Assembly (NCBI GenBank): GCA_963702435.1
Contig: CAVPCR010000003.1
Location: 224,001-288,000 of the forward strand
Reading direction: 5' to 3'
Length of the DNA stretch: 64,000 nt
Origin: Candidatus Eiseniibacteriota bacterium
GTDB taxonomy: Bacteria > Eisenbacteria > RBG-16-71-46 > CAVPCR01
A model generated the notes under the pieces. That model worked only from the letters and a program-made list of their open reading frames with translations, was not told where the DNA came from and searched no databases. A program made the translations under genes and the position numbers. This document shows, one piece after another, positions 1-10,100 of the stretch (its first letter is position 1; each line of letters opens with the position of its first letter).

Positions 1-2
1 GC

Positions 3-2873
3 TTCACCGACCTCGGGAACGCCGTCTACGGGCAGGACGATCTGTGCCAGATCACCGTGGAGGACTCGGAGTTCGCGCTCGTCAACGACTGGAGCGCGAT
101 CGAGTTCGTCACGCTGACGCCGGGCGCCACGCTCCAGTGGGTCACGATCCGCGAGAACTGGATCCACGATTCGGCCGCCTTCCCGGTGAAGCTCATGAAC
201 CACGCGAATGCCGGGGCCCCAACTGCTTCCATGTCCCACATCTACGTGATCGGGAACGTGATCCACGACAATCGCCGCTCGGTGGCCCACCCGGAGAACT
301 GGAACGCCGCGATCGGCTTCCGCCACGGGGCGAGCGACCTCCGGGTGTGGGACAACGTGGTACTGACGAACGACGGCCTCGCGGGGCTCTTCATCGGCTC
401 GGATGACGTGGCCGGCGACGTCTACGACGAGGTGTCCATCCGCGGGAACCACTTCGGCGCTTCCGCCGGCAACATCCGGGCTCCTTCGGGGACCGTGCTC
501 GCCTCGGGCATCACCCTCCACCAGGTGACGACGACGAGCGGGGACTTCTCGACCTGGACCGTGAGCGGGAACTACCTCTACGGGAACGCGCTCCGCGGGA
601 TCGACTTGATCCCCGGGAGCGGCCCGACACCTCTCCCCACGAACGGCAACTGGTGGGGCGCGGACGGCACGGTCGGCGGGACCTACGCCAACGGCGCCGC
701 GAACGCCACCGATCCGTCCCCTCTCGATCTTCCCGACGGCGCGATCGCCCGCCCCGATCGGGCTCTGATCGACCGCTCTCTCGCCGACACGGACGGCTAC
801 GTCGGGCACGTCGTCCTCCTCAATCAGAACGGCGGCGCACCGGGCATCCGTGGTTTCGACATCGACTACGACTTCGGCGTGAACCTCGTCTTCGAGCGCA
901 CGGTCGAGGGACCGTTCCTCCGCCGCCAGTTCCCGATCACCACGTTCTTCGACGTGCCGCGGATCGGCGGGAGCGGGAATGAACGGACGTCCTCCGGCGC
1001 CATCCTCGGTGGGGCGGCGCCGCTCGCCGTCGGGAACGGCGCGCTCGCCCTCGCGGTCTTCCGGGCGGGCGCGGAGGACCTCGCCGCAGCCGACGACGTC
1101 GAGCTCGACAACGTCCAGGTGCGCGATCCGCTCAACCAGCCGCTCGCGGTGGCCGGGCTCGACGACGCCGATCGCGGGATCGACGCGACCGACCCGGGGG
1201 TCACCCTGGCCGTGACCGGCGGCGACGACTGCGTGGCGACCCCGACCATCTCGTTCGATGTCGCGGCGAGCGACAACTACGCGCTCGAGGACGTCCTCTA
1301 TCGTCTCCGCAAGGTGAGCCTCGCCCCCGGCTGCTGGACGCCGCTCGTCCTCGATGCGGCGGGCACGAGCACCGGACCGACGGTGGTCGTCGTTCCCTTC
1401 GCGAGCGGGGACGGGCAGTACGTGTTCGAGGTGCGGGCCACCGACGATGCCGGGAACTTCGCGCTCGGCGCGCTCACGATCACCTACGACACGACCCCGC
1501 CCGCCGACTTCGCGGGCACGACGGGAGCCGTGGCGGTGCCCGGTCCGGGCTCCCCCGCGGCCGAGGAAGTCCAGGTCACCTGGAACGGGAGCTTCGAGGC
1601 GGGCGGCGATCTCCGGCTCCGCTATCTCCCCTACGGCGGCGCGATCGGCAACTTCGCCTACCCCGAGTACGACGATGCGGCGCCGGTCCCCGGGCCCCAC
1701 TTCCCGGGTCCCGCGGAAGGCATCGAGATCAACATCCCCGACGCCGGCGCGGGGAGCGTCACCATCCCCTACCTGATCGCGGAACGCTCCTACTACTACT
1801 ATGTGATCTACGTCATCGACTGCGCGGGGAATCCGTCGCCCGGCAGCGGTGCGAGCGCGCGCGCGAACGCGCTCTCCTACTACCTCGGAGACTGGGATCC
1901 GGCCGTGACCCCGGCCTGCGCCGGCTCGCCGGCCTATGCGAGCGGGAACGGCGAGGTCAACTTCTGCGACTTGATCGGGCTCTCGGCGACCTTCGGCACG
2001 GTCTTCCCACAGCCCGCGTTCGTGAACTACGCCGATATCGGGCCCACCGTGCCGGGGCCGGGCGTCCTCGACCTGCCGGCGACCGACAACGTCATCGACT
2101 TCGAGGACCTGATTCTCTTCGCCATCAACTTCGGAAACGTGGCCCCGCTCGGGGGCGACGTGGTTCTCGGTGAGGAGGCGCCGGGCACCGTGGCCCTCCT
2201 CGCCGAGCCCGCGACAGACGAGCGCAGCGGCATCCTGACCGTCCGCCTCCGTCTCGCCGGGAACGGGCGCGAGGTCAAGGGCTTCGAGGCCGTGCTCGAG
2301 CACGCGGCGGGACTCCGCTTCGCCGGCGCCCGTCCGGGGCCGGCCCTCGGTGACGGCGCCTTCTTCCGGGCCCTCGAGCGCGGCGATCGGGTGAGCGTGA
2401 ATGCCGCCGCGCTCGCCGGCGTCTTCCGGGGCACGGGGGTCGTGGCCGAGCTCGACTACGAGGTCGGGGGGCCGGCGACCGGGGTCGCGGTCGTCGCCGC
2501 GAAGATCCGCGATGCCGCCAACCGCGAGCTCGCGGGCGCCGGGACGACCGGGATCGATGAGCCGGCCGCGGGCGGTCCGGGGGCGGCGCCGCCGCTTGCC
2601 ACCGTTTTCTACGCTCCGGCGCCGAATCCGGCGAGCGGGAGCGCGCTCCTGCGCTTCACGCTCGAGCGCCCGGCGGCGGCCTCGCTTCGCGTGTACGACA
2701 CGGCAGGACGCCTCGTGCGCACGGTCGCCGACCAACCCTTCCCGGCCGGCGGGTCGAGCGTGGCCTGGGACGGCCGGTCAGACGCCGGGGATCCGGCGCC
2801 GACCGGCATCTACTTCGTGGAGTTCACCGGCGGCCAGGTCCGCGCGGTCCACAAGCTGATTCTCGTGCGCTAG
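3..2873 (+). CDS. Secreted modular protein 1 (5'-truncated): parallel beta-helix, cohesin-like, Ig, YPEYDD FN3-like, dockerin-like, cohesin-like, FlgD/T9SS-type CTD
   Basis: Frame is open from base 3 (FTDLGNAVYGQDDLCQITVEDSEF aligns with FTDVSTGVSIKDYVCRAVVEDCEF in ORF 2941), so the start lies upstream of the window. Beta-helix repeats end in GNWWG; YPEYDD at 1659-1676; YLGD...DNVIDFEDLILFAINF; CTD PNP...VYDTAGRLVRT...WDGRSDAG...GIYF...HKLILVR. Confidence 0.85.
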   Translation, partial: FTDLGNAVYGQDDLCQITVEDSEFALVNDWSAIEFVTLTPGATLQWVTIRENWIHDSAAFPVKLMNHANAGAPTASMSHIYVIGNVIHDNRRSVAHPENWNAAIGFRHGASDLRVWDNVVLTNDGLAGLFIGSDDVAGDVYDEVSIRGNHFGASAGNIRAPSGTVLASGITLHQVTTTSGDFSTWTVSGNYLYGNALRGIDLIPGSGPTPLPTNGNWWGADGTVGGTYANGAANATDPSPLDLPDGAIARPDRALIDRSLADTDGYVGHVVLLNQNGGAPGIRGFDIDYDFGVNLVFERTVEGPFLRRQFPITTFFDVPRIGGSGNERTSSGAILGGAAPLAVGNGALALAVFRAGAEDLAAADDVELDNVQVRDPLNQPLAVAGLDDADRGIDATDPGVTLAVTGGDDCVATPTISFDVAASDNYALEDVLYRLRKVSLAPGCWTPLVLDAAGTSTGPTVVVVPFASGDGQYVFEVRATDDAGNFALGALTITYDTTPPADFAGTTGAVAVPGPGSPAAEEVQVTWNGSFEAGGDLRLRYLPYGGAIGNFAYPEYDDAAPVPGPHFPGPAEGIEINIPDAGAGSVTIPYLIAERSYYYYVIYVIDCAGNPSPGSGASARANALSYYLGDWDPAVTPACAGSPAYASGNGEVNFCDLIGLSATFGTVFPQPAFVNYADIGPTVPGPGVLDLPATDNVIDFEDLILFAINFGNVAPLGGDVVLGEEAPGTVALLAEPATDERSGILTVRLRLAGNGREVKGFEAVLEHAAGLRFAGARPGPALGDGAFFRALERGDRVSVNAAALAGVFRGTGVVAELDYEVGGPATGVAVVAAKIRDAANRELAGAGTTGIDEPAAGGPGAAPPLATVFYAPAPNPASGSALLRFTLERPAAASLRVYDTAGRLVRTVADQPFPAGGSSVAWDGRSDAGDPAPTGIYFVEFTGGQVRAVHKLILVR

Positions 2874-2895
2874 CGGGTTCGAGCTGGCAACGGCC

Positions 2896-2927
2896 GCGGC
2901 GGCGGGAACGACAAGGCCCGCCGCCGC
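2896..2927 (+). promoter_or_regulatory. Intergenic GC stem-loop immediately 5' of the RBS of ORF 2941
   Basis: GCGGCGGCGGG-AACGACAAGG-CCCGCCGCCGC, an 11-bp stem with no U-tract, followed by GGAGGAGG and the ATG at 2941. Confidence 0.5.
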
Positions 2928-2940
2928 CGGAGGAGGACAC

Positions 2941-5900
2941 ATGGTCCAGTCGTTCGAGATGCGACGGCTCGCAATCGTTCTGGCCGGCGCCTCATTCATC
3001 CTCGCCGCTCCCGCCCTCGGCGCGGTGCCCATCTCGAGCTGGGGGTTCGTCGCGCTCTTCAGCGACACGACCTACGTCGTGACCGGGAACCTGGTCGAGC
3101 CGGGCGGGACCCAGGGCGTGAGCGGGAGCGTCGCCATCCGCGTGGCGCCCTCCGTGTATGACATCGTGATCGAGGGCGGCGGCTTCACGATCGACGGACG
3201 CGACACGGGCGGCACGCCCGATCTCGATCTCGCCGTCGCCATGAACGGGATCCCCTCGGGTCCGATCCGGAATGTCGTCGTCCGCGGCCTCCGCTTCACC
3301 GACGTGAGCACGGGGGTGAGCATCAAGGACTACGTGTGCCGCGCGGTCGTCGAGGACTGCGAATTCGTGGGGATGGTGAACAAGGCGGCGGTCGAGATCG
3401 CCAACGAGCTCGCGGGCGCCCAGATGCGCTGGATCACCGTGCGCGACTCCTGGTTCCACGATGGAGCCGGGATCCCGGTCCTCATTCGCAACACGGCGAA
3501 CGCGAGCGGCGGCGCGCTCATGGAGCACGTGGCGGTCGTCGCCAACGTGGTCCACGACTACCGGCGCTCGCCCGCGCTTCCCGAGCCGTGGAACGCGGCG
3601 ATCCTCTTCCGCGACGGGGCGGCGGACGTCCGCGTGTGGGACAACCTGGTCGTGGGCGGGCAGGGCGAATCGGGGCTCTTCATGACCTCGAGCGACGTGC
3701 CGTCCCGCGCGTACAACGGGGTCTCGATCCGCGGCAACGTGTTCGCCGGGGCCGCCGGGAACATCCGGGCCGTCGGGTCGGATCTCGCCTCCGGCATCAC
3801 GCTCGACCGGGTCACCACCTCGAGCGGGAACTTCGCCACCTGGACGGTGACGCGGAACTACCTCGTCCAGAACGAGAACCGAGGCATCGAGTTCCTGACC
3901 GGGTCGAACACGCCGCCCGCCCTGCCCACGAGCGGCAACTGGTGGGGCGAGGACGGCACGTTGACGGGCACCTACGGGAACGGGGCGACGAACGCGACCG
4001 ACGCGGCGCCGCTGGATCTCGCGGACGGCATCCTCGCGCTACCCCACCGCGCCGGCGGCGCTGATCGGGCGGTCGCGGACGTGGCGGGCTTCGCGGGCCA
4101 GGTCGTCCTTCTCAATCAGAACAACGGCGTGCCGGGGATCCGCGGCTTCGACGTGGACTACGACCACACAGCGAGCTACGCGTTTCGCCGCACGGTCGAG
4201 GGGCCGTTCCTCCGCCGGCAGGCCGCGCTCATCCAGTTCTACGACATCCCGACCATCGGCGGGAGCGGGAACGAGCGGACGGCGTCGGGCGCGATCCTCG
4301 GCGGCGGGGCGCCGCTCGCGGTCGGGAACGGCGTCTTGACGCTCACCGTGCTGGCGGGTGTCGCCCAGGATGAGGCGACGCCCCCGGACTTCCTCCTCGA
4401 CCAGGTCGCGCTGCGCGATCCGGGGAACTACCCGATCGCGATCGCAAGCCTCGGCGATGCGGACCATCCGGTGGACGACACCCCGCCGGCGGCCGTCCTG
4501 ACACCGCCGGGACCGTATCCGTGCGTGGGTTCGGCGACCGCGCCCGTCGGGGTGGCGGTGAGCGACGACTTCGCGCTCGAGGACGTGATCTACCGGTTCT
4601 ACAAGGTGGGCCTCGATCCGGGTTGCTGGATCCCGCTCTCGCTCGACGAGCCGGGAGTCGCCTACACGGGGCCGGCGAGCGTTCCTGTGGCCTTCGCGTT
4701 CGGCGATGGGACGTACCGCTTCGAACTCCTCGCCACCGATGACGCCGGGAACACGCTCCGCCAGGTGCTCGCGCTGACCTTCGACGCGACCCCGCCCGCG
4801 GACTTCGCGGGGACGACGAGCGCGCTCGCCGTCCCGGGCCCGGGCACGCCTGCCGTCGAGGAAGTCCGCTTCACCTGGAGCGGGACCTTCGAGACGGGCG
4901 GCGACCTCCGCCTCCGCTACCTCCCCTACGGCGGCGCCATCGGGAACTACGCGTATCCCGAGTACGACGACGCGGCGCCGCTTCCGGGGCCGCACTTCCC
5001 CGGGCCGACCGAGGGCCTCGAGGTCGACGTGCCCGACGTGAGCGCGGGGAACGTGGTCATCCCGTTCACCGTCCCGCAGCGTTCCTACTACTACTTCACG
5101 CTCTACGTGCGCGACTGCGCCGGGAACCCGTCGCCAGGCACATCGACCGCCGTGCGCAAGAACTCGCTCAGCTACTACCTCGGAGACTGGGACTCGAACG
5201 TGCCGCCCGCCTGTCCGGGCTCGCCCCAGTATCCGAGCGGCAACGGGCAGGTCAACTTCTGCGACCTGATCGGGCTGAGCCGCGCCTTCGCGACGACATC
5301 GCTCGATCCCAACTTCTCGAACTACGTGGACATCGGACCGACGACCCCGGGACCCGGTCCCTGGGATCGGCCGACCACGGACAATGTGATCGACTTCGAG
5401 GACCTGATCCTCTTCGCGGTCAACTTCGAGACCGTGGCTCCGCTCGACGGGGACGACCCGGCCGCGGAGGAGACGCTGCCGGGGGCGCCGGGCGGCGGGC
5501 TCGTGCGTCTCGCGGCGGAGGTCGTGGCCCGCGATCCCGAGCGGATCGTGGTCGCGCTCCGCGCGAGCGGCGACGTGGAGGCGCTCCTCGGATGCGAGGC
5601 CGTGCTTGCCGCACCGGGGCTCCGACTCGTCGAGGCGCGGCCGGGCGCGATCCTGCCGGCGGCGCACTTCCTCAAGGCGGTGCCGGGCGAGGGTGAGGGC
5701 GAGGTGAGCGTGAACCTCGCGCTCCTCGGCGCGGGCGAGCGCATCGCGAGCGCCGGCGTGCTCGCGGAGATCGTCCTCGCCCCGGTGCGGGAGGACGTCC
5801 CGGGCGGCGTGCCGCGGCTCGCGAGCCAGAAGGTGCGCGACCGCTGGAACCGGGAGCTCGACGGCACCGCGAGCGGGCCGCCGGTCGCGGCGGTGGATCC

Positions 5901-6189
5901 GGTGGACGCGCCGGGCGCGCTGCCGGCGGAGTTCGCCCTGGGCGAGCCCGTCCCGAACCCCATGAACCCGGCGACGACCGTCCGCATCCTCGTTCCGCTG
6001 CGGAGCGAGGTGCGGGTCACGGTCTACGACCCGGCGGGGCGCGTCGTCGCGCGCCTCTTCGAGGGGATCGCCGAGCCGGGCGCGCACACCCTGACCTGGC
6101 AGGCCGAGAGGCAGGCCAGCGGGCTCTACCTGATCGAGATGTCGGCGGGCGACTTCCGCGCGGTGCGGAAGGTGCTCGCCATCAAGTAG
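2941..6189 (+). CDS. Secreted modular protein 2, tandem paralogue of protein 1 with the same domain order
   Basis: Strong RBS GGAGGAGG; signal peptide MRRLAIVLAGASFILAAPALG; colinear with ORF1 (PWNAAILFRDGA, RTVEGPFLRRQ, GGDLRLRYLPYGGAIGN-AYPEYDDAAP); YPEYDD at 4954-4971; CTD PNPMNP...ASGLY...RKVLAIK. Confidence 0.9.
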   Translation: MVQSFEMRRLAIVLAGASFILAAPALGAVPISSWGFVALFSDTTYVVTGNLVEPGGTQGVSGSVAIRVAPSVYDIVIEGGGFTIDGRDTGGTPDLDLAVAMNGIPSGPIRNVVVRGLRFTDVSTGVSIKDYVCRAVVEDCEFVGMVNKAAVEIANELAGAQMRWITVRDSWFHDGAGIPVLIRNTANASGGALMEHVAVVANVVHDYRRSPALPEPWNAAILFRDGAADVRVWDNLVVGGQGESGLFMTSSDVPSRAYNGVSIRGNVFAGAAGNIRAVGSDLASGITLDRVTTSSGNFATWTVTRNYLVQNENRGIEFLTGSNTPPALPTSGNWWGEDGTLTGTYGNGATNATDAAPLDLADGILALPHRAGGADRAVADVAGFAGQVVLLNQNNGVPGIRGFDVDYDHTASYAFRRTVEGPFLRRQAALIQFYDIPTIGGSGNERTASGAILGGGAPLAVGNGVLTLTVLAGVAQDEATPPDFLLDQVALRDPGNYPIAIASLGDADHPVDDTPPAAVLTPPGPYPCVGSATAPVGVAVSDDFALEDVIYRFYKVGLDPGCWIPLSLDEPGVAYTGPASVPVAFAFGDGTYRFELLATDDAGNTLRQVLALTFDATPPADFAGTTSALAVPGPGTPAVEEVRFTWSGTFETGGDLRLRYLPYGGAIGNYAYPEYDDAAPLPGPHFPGPTEGLEVDVPDVSAGNVVIPFTVPQRSYYYFTLYVRDCAGNPSPGTSTAVRKNSLSYYLGDWDSNVPPACPGSPQYPSGNGQVNFCDLIGLSRAFATTSLDPNFSNYVDIGPTTPGPGPWDRPTTDNVIDFEDLILFAVNFETVAPLDGDDPAAEETLPGAPGGGLVRLAAEVVARDPERIVVALRASGDVEALLGCEAVLAAPGLRLVEARPGAILPAAHFLKAVPGEGEGEVSVNLALLGAGERIASAGVLAEIVLAPVREDVPGGVPRLASQKVRDRWNRELDGTASGPPVAAVDPVDAPGALPAEFALGEPVPNPMNPATTVRILVPLRSEVRVTVYDPAGRVVARLFEGIAEPGAHTLTWQAERQASGLYLIEMSAGDFRAVRKVLAIK

Positions 6190-6199
6190 GAGGTCGGCG

Positions 6200-6982
6200 A
6201 TGCCACGAATCGTGAAGATAGCTGCCGCTCTTCTCGCAACCGCCTCGTTCGCCCTGGGTGGTGCGGCAACCCGGGCGGGCGCCGACCCCCTGGTCTACCT
6301 GCGCCCGCTGTGCCTCAACATCCAGGCCGGGCAGACGCTGACCGTGCACCTGAGCGTGGGGGCGACGGGTGACCCGATCAGCTGCTTCTACGCGGTCCTC
6401 TCCTACGATCCGGCGCGCATCGCCATCCTGGACGTGGACGAGGGGAACCTGTTCTCGGGGTCGCCCGAACCCACGTTCCCGGGATGGCAGTTCACGGCGC
6501 CGGACTCCTTCGAGGTCTACAACTGCGTCCTCGGCTCGGGAACCTTCGTGCTGCCGCCCGGCGACCTCGCCGACATCACGGTCCAGGGGCTCGTGACCGG
6601 TCCCGCCCCGATGACGATCGGGTTCATTGACATCCGGAACGTGGCCCGGCTGCCCTACCCGAACATCACGGTCTTGAACTGCGGGATAACCGGGGTGCCT
6701 GACGAGATCGAGGCGCCGGCGGTCGTCCCGGAGATCCGGGTGACTCCGAACCCGGCGCCCGGCTTCGCGCGCATCACGCTCCTCGGAGCGGTGCCGCCGG
6801 GGCCGGTGGCGATTTACGACGTTGCGGGCCGTCTGTGCCGCGCCCTGGAGGCGGCGGGCGGCGGCTCGGTGCTCGAGTGGGACGGCCGCGACGCACGCGG
6901 CCGCCTCGCCGCGCCGGGGCTCTATGTGCTCCGGGGCGGGCGGGATGGGGAGCTTCGAACGAAGCTCCTCCTCGTGAGGTGA
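6200..6982 (+). CDS. Small secreted protein: signal peptide + single cohesin-like domain + FlgD/T9SS-type CTD
   Basis: RBS AGGAGG; hydrophobic N-terminus; cohesin-like pattern GQTLTVHLSV...VLSYDPARIAILDVDEGNLF...PGDLADITVQGL; CTD PNPAP...IYDVAGRL...WDGRDARG...GLY. Confidence 0.8.
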   Translation: MPRIVKIAAALLATASFALGGAATRAGADPLVYLRPLCLNIQAGQTLTVHLSVGATGDPISCFYAVLSYDPARIAILDVDEGNLFSGSPEPTFPGWQFTAPDSFEVYNCVLGSGTFVLPPGDLADITVQGLVTGPAPMTIGFIDIRNVARLPYPNITVLNCGITGVPDEIEAPAVVPEIRVTPNPAPGFARITLLGAVPPGPVAIYDVAGRLCRALEAAGGGSVLEWDGRDARGRLAAPGLYVLRGGRDGELRTKLLLVR

Positions 6983-7104
6983 GGCGAAGCGACGATGCAC
7001 GTCTCGAAGCCGACTTACGCATGCGCTCTACGTAATAGGTCCTGGCCGCACCCGGCGGATAGCGGGTGCCTGCTCGTCCGCAAGGACAAATGGAGGAAGC
7101 GATA

Positions 7105-10100
7105 ATGAGGTCCCCATGGCATCTGGTTCTGGCAACCGTGCTTCTGATCGCCGGTTCGGCGTCCGCGGCGTGGTCGGCAGATCTCTACGTCAACCCTGAC
7201 GGCCTGTGCGGCGGGAATCTGCCCTGCTACACGACGATCCAGGCCGCGATCAACGCGGCGAGCGCCGGCGACGTCATCCACGTCCAGGCCGCGACGTATC
7301 CCGAAGTACTCACGATTCCCATTTCCCTGAGGCTTCAGGGAGCCGGTGCGGGGTCGACCTTCATCGATGTCTCCGGCAACCCGGCGGCCGGCACGGTGAT
7401 CACGATCAGCAACATCACCGCGACGATCACCATCGATGGCTTCACGATCGTGACCGGGCCGGCTTCCGCGGTGATCTCCAACGGGATCTCCATCTCCAAC
7501 GTCGGGGTAGGCTCCCTGATCACGATCACGAACAACGTGATCCAGTGCGTGCAATCGGCCGCCGGGACCGCCTTCGACAACTTCGGCCTGATCGCGGGCT
7601 ACGCGAGCGCCGGCACCCTCTTCTTCGACCACAACACGGTTTTTGGAGGCGGCGACAACCCGGTTCTCCTCGAGCGCTGGGTCGGCCCGGTGACCTTCAG
7701 CTACAACACGGTCTACCGCGGTCCTGATGACAACATCACGGGCGGCAAGGACGCCATCTTCGTCATGAACTATGGCGCCACCGATATCACCACCGCGCAG
7801 ATCTTCGACAACAACACCATCGATCTCGGCGGCGGCACCATCTTCGACAACGCGCATCGCGGGACCGGGCTGAGCGTCGTCGCGCAGTTCACGGGAGGCG
7901 CCGGGCCCGGCGGTTACACCAACGTCCAGATCACGAACAACCAGTTCGTCAACCTCAAGCCGTTCCGCCGCGGCTGCGGTCTCTGGGACAACTCCTCAGG
8001 CCCCGGTGACGTCATCGCCCTCATCAAGGGCAACACGGTGAGCGCTGCCGTTGGGTTCACGGGCGACCATGGCATTCGCATCCTCGGCGGCATCACCGGC
8101 ACCATGGTCACCGAAAACGACATTTCCGGCGTCAACGATGCGGTCAAGACTCAGTCCTGGAACGGCTTCGACCCCACCGCGTACACGATCACGGGGAATA
8201 GCCTCCTGGGCGTCATCACAGGAGTGAACAACCTGACTGCCTCGACCGCCGATGCCTCCGCCAACTGGTGGGGCTCGAACGCGCAGGCCGCGGTTGCTAC
8301 CGCAGCCGGCGCCACGACCGACTACACGCCCTGGCTCGACGTGGGCACCGACACCTCCGCCAACCCCGGCTTCCAGGGCAGCTACTCGACGCTCCACGTC
8401 GATGACGCGAGCCTTCAGGTCGGAACCACCGGCATCATCCAGGAAGGAATCGATCGCGTCACGGCAAGCACGGTGCTCGTCGGTCCAGGGACGTACGCCG
8501 GCGGCATCACGCTCAACAAGCTCGTCAACCTCCTTGGTGCGCAGAGCGGCGTCGCGGCCTGCGGCCGCGTCACGGGTTCGCCCAATCCGGCCATCGAGTC
8601 GGTGATTGCAGGTCCCCCGGGGTCAACCCTGCTCACGCTCGTGACCGGCTGCGCCGGCAGTATCATCGACGGGTTCTCCTTCATCGGCGGGACCAGAGGT
8701 CTCGAGTCCACGTCCGGCCCGCTCAGCAACGTGCAGATCCTCAACAACCACGTGGCCGGATTCACCGGAAGCGGCCTCTTCCTCAATGACAACGGGCTCG
8801 ACATGACCGTCAGCCAGAACAACATCGACGGGACTGCACAGGCAGGTGGCGGCGGCCTCTTCCATCTCGACCAGGACAACTTTGATGGCATGCACATCAC
8901 GAGCAATTGCATCGTGAGTGGGCCGTCCGGCACCGGTCTCTTCGTGGATGGGATCCGTAACGTCGGCACCAGCGTGACACGGGCGCCACTCATCAGCGGC
9001 AACACGTTCGGCGGCAACGGGACCGGGGCGAACCTCGGACGCTTCGCCTTCGAGTATGGAACGATCAGCAACAACCAGTTCGCCAGCAATCTCTTCGATG
9101 GCCTCCAGGGGGGCATCCAGAACTCGGCGATCAGCGGGAACACCTTCATCGGAAACGGACGTTCGGGGCTTGCCCTCACCGGTTTTGGCGGTTCAGGGGA
9201 CCCCACCCGTGGCGCCCAGAACACGGTGGTGAGCGCCAACATGTTCACTGCCAATGTGCGCGAAGGTGTTTTCCTGAGTTCCGGCCAGTTTCCGGGGACC
9301 ATCTCCACGAACACTCTGACCAACAACAACTTTGTCGGCAATGGGACGGGCGGCAGCGGTGACGGTGTAGCCTACGCTGGCACCGAGACCATCGCCGTGA
9401 CGTGCAACTGGTGGGGCCATGTGGCGGGCCCGGACTATCCGCCTTTGTATCCGAACCCACCTGCCGACGATCTCGTGGCAACCAACTCCATCTTCTGGCC
9501 ATGGCTGAACGCCCCGGCTCCAGGTGGGGCCTGCAACCAGTTCGGTCCGAACAACGTGGCGGCCAACACGACGGGCCTCTGCGTGTCCACCGCGACACCG
9601 TGCGTGACCGTGCCGGTCATGTTCAACCGGGCCGACACGAGCCCGGCCCGCGGGGCGACGGTGACCTTCACGCTGAGCTCGAACCTCGAGCTCTGCTCGA
9701 CGCCCGGCGCGAGCATCCTCCAGGGCACCTGGCTTACCGGATACGGCAGCGGCTACCAGGTCATTGCGAACGGCGGCGGCAGCTACACGGTGGACCAGGC
9801 GATCCTCGGTCTGCCTTGCGGGGTCACGACCGGTGGCCAGCTGTTCACGGTCGCGGTCAAGAAGACCCTCGCTGCCGTTGACGGCACGGGGACGATCACC
9901 GTCAACGCAGTCAGCATCCGGGACTGCGGCAATCCGTTCGCCATACTCGCGGGGATCCCCGGGGCGCCGGCATCGATCACGATCGATACGGCACCGCCGC
10001 TTGCGGTGACGAACCTGGCGGCCGCGCAAAAGCTGACGCTGAACGACTCCGACGGCACGACCAAGATCAACCTCACCTTCGCGTCTCCGGCCACTGCCGA

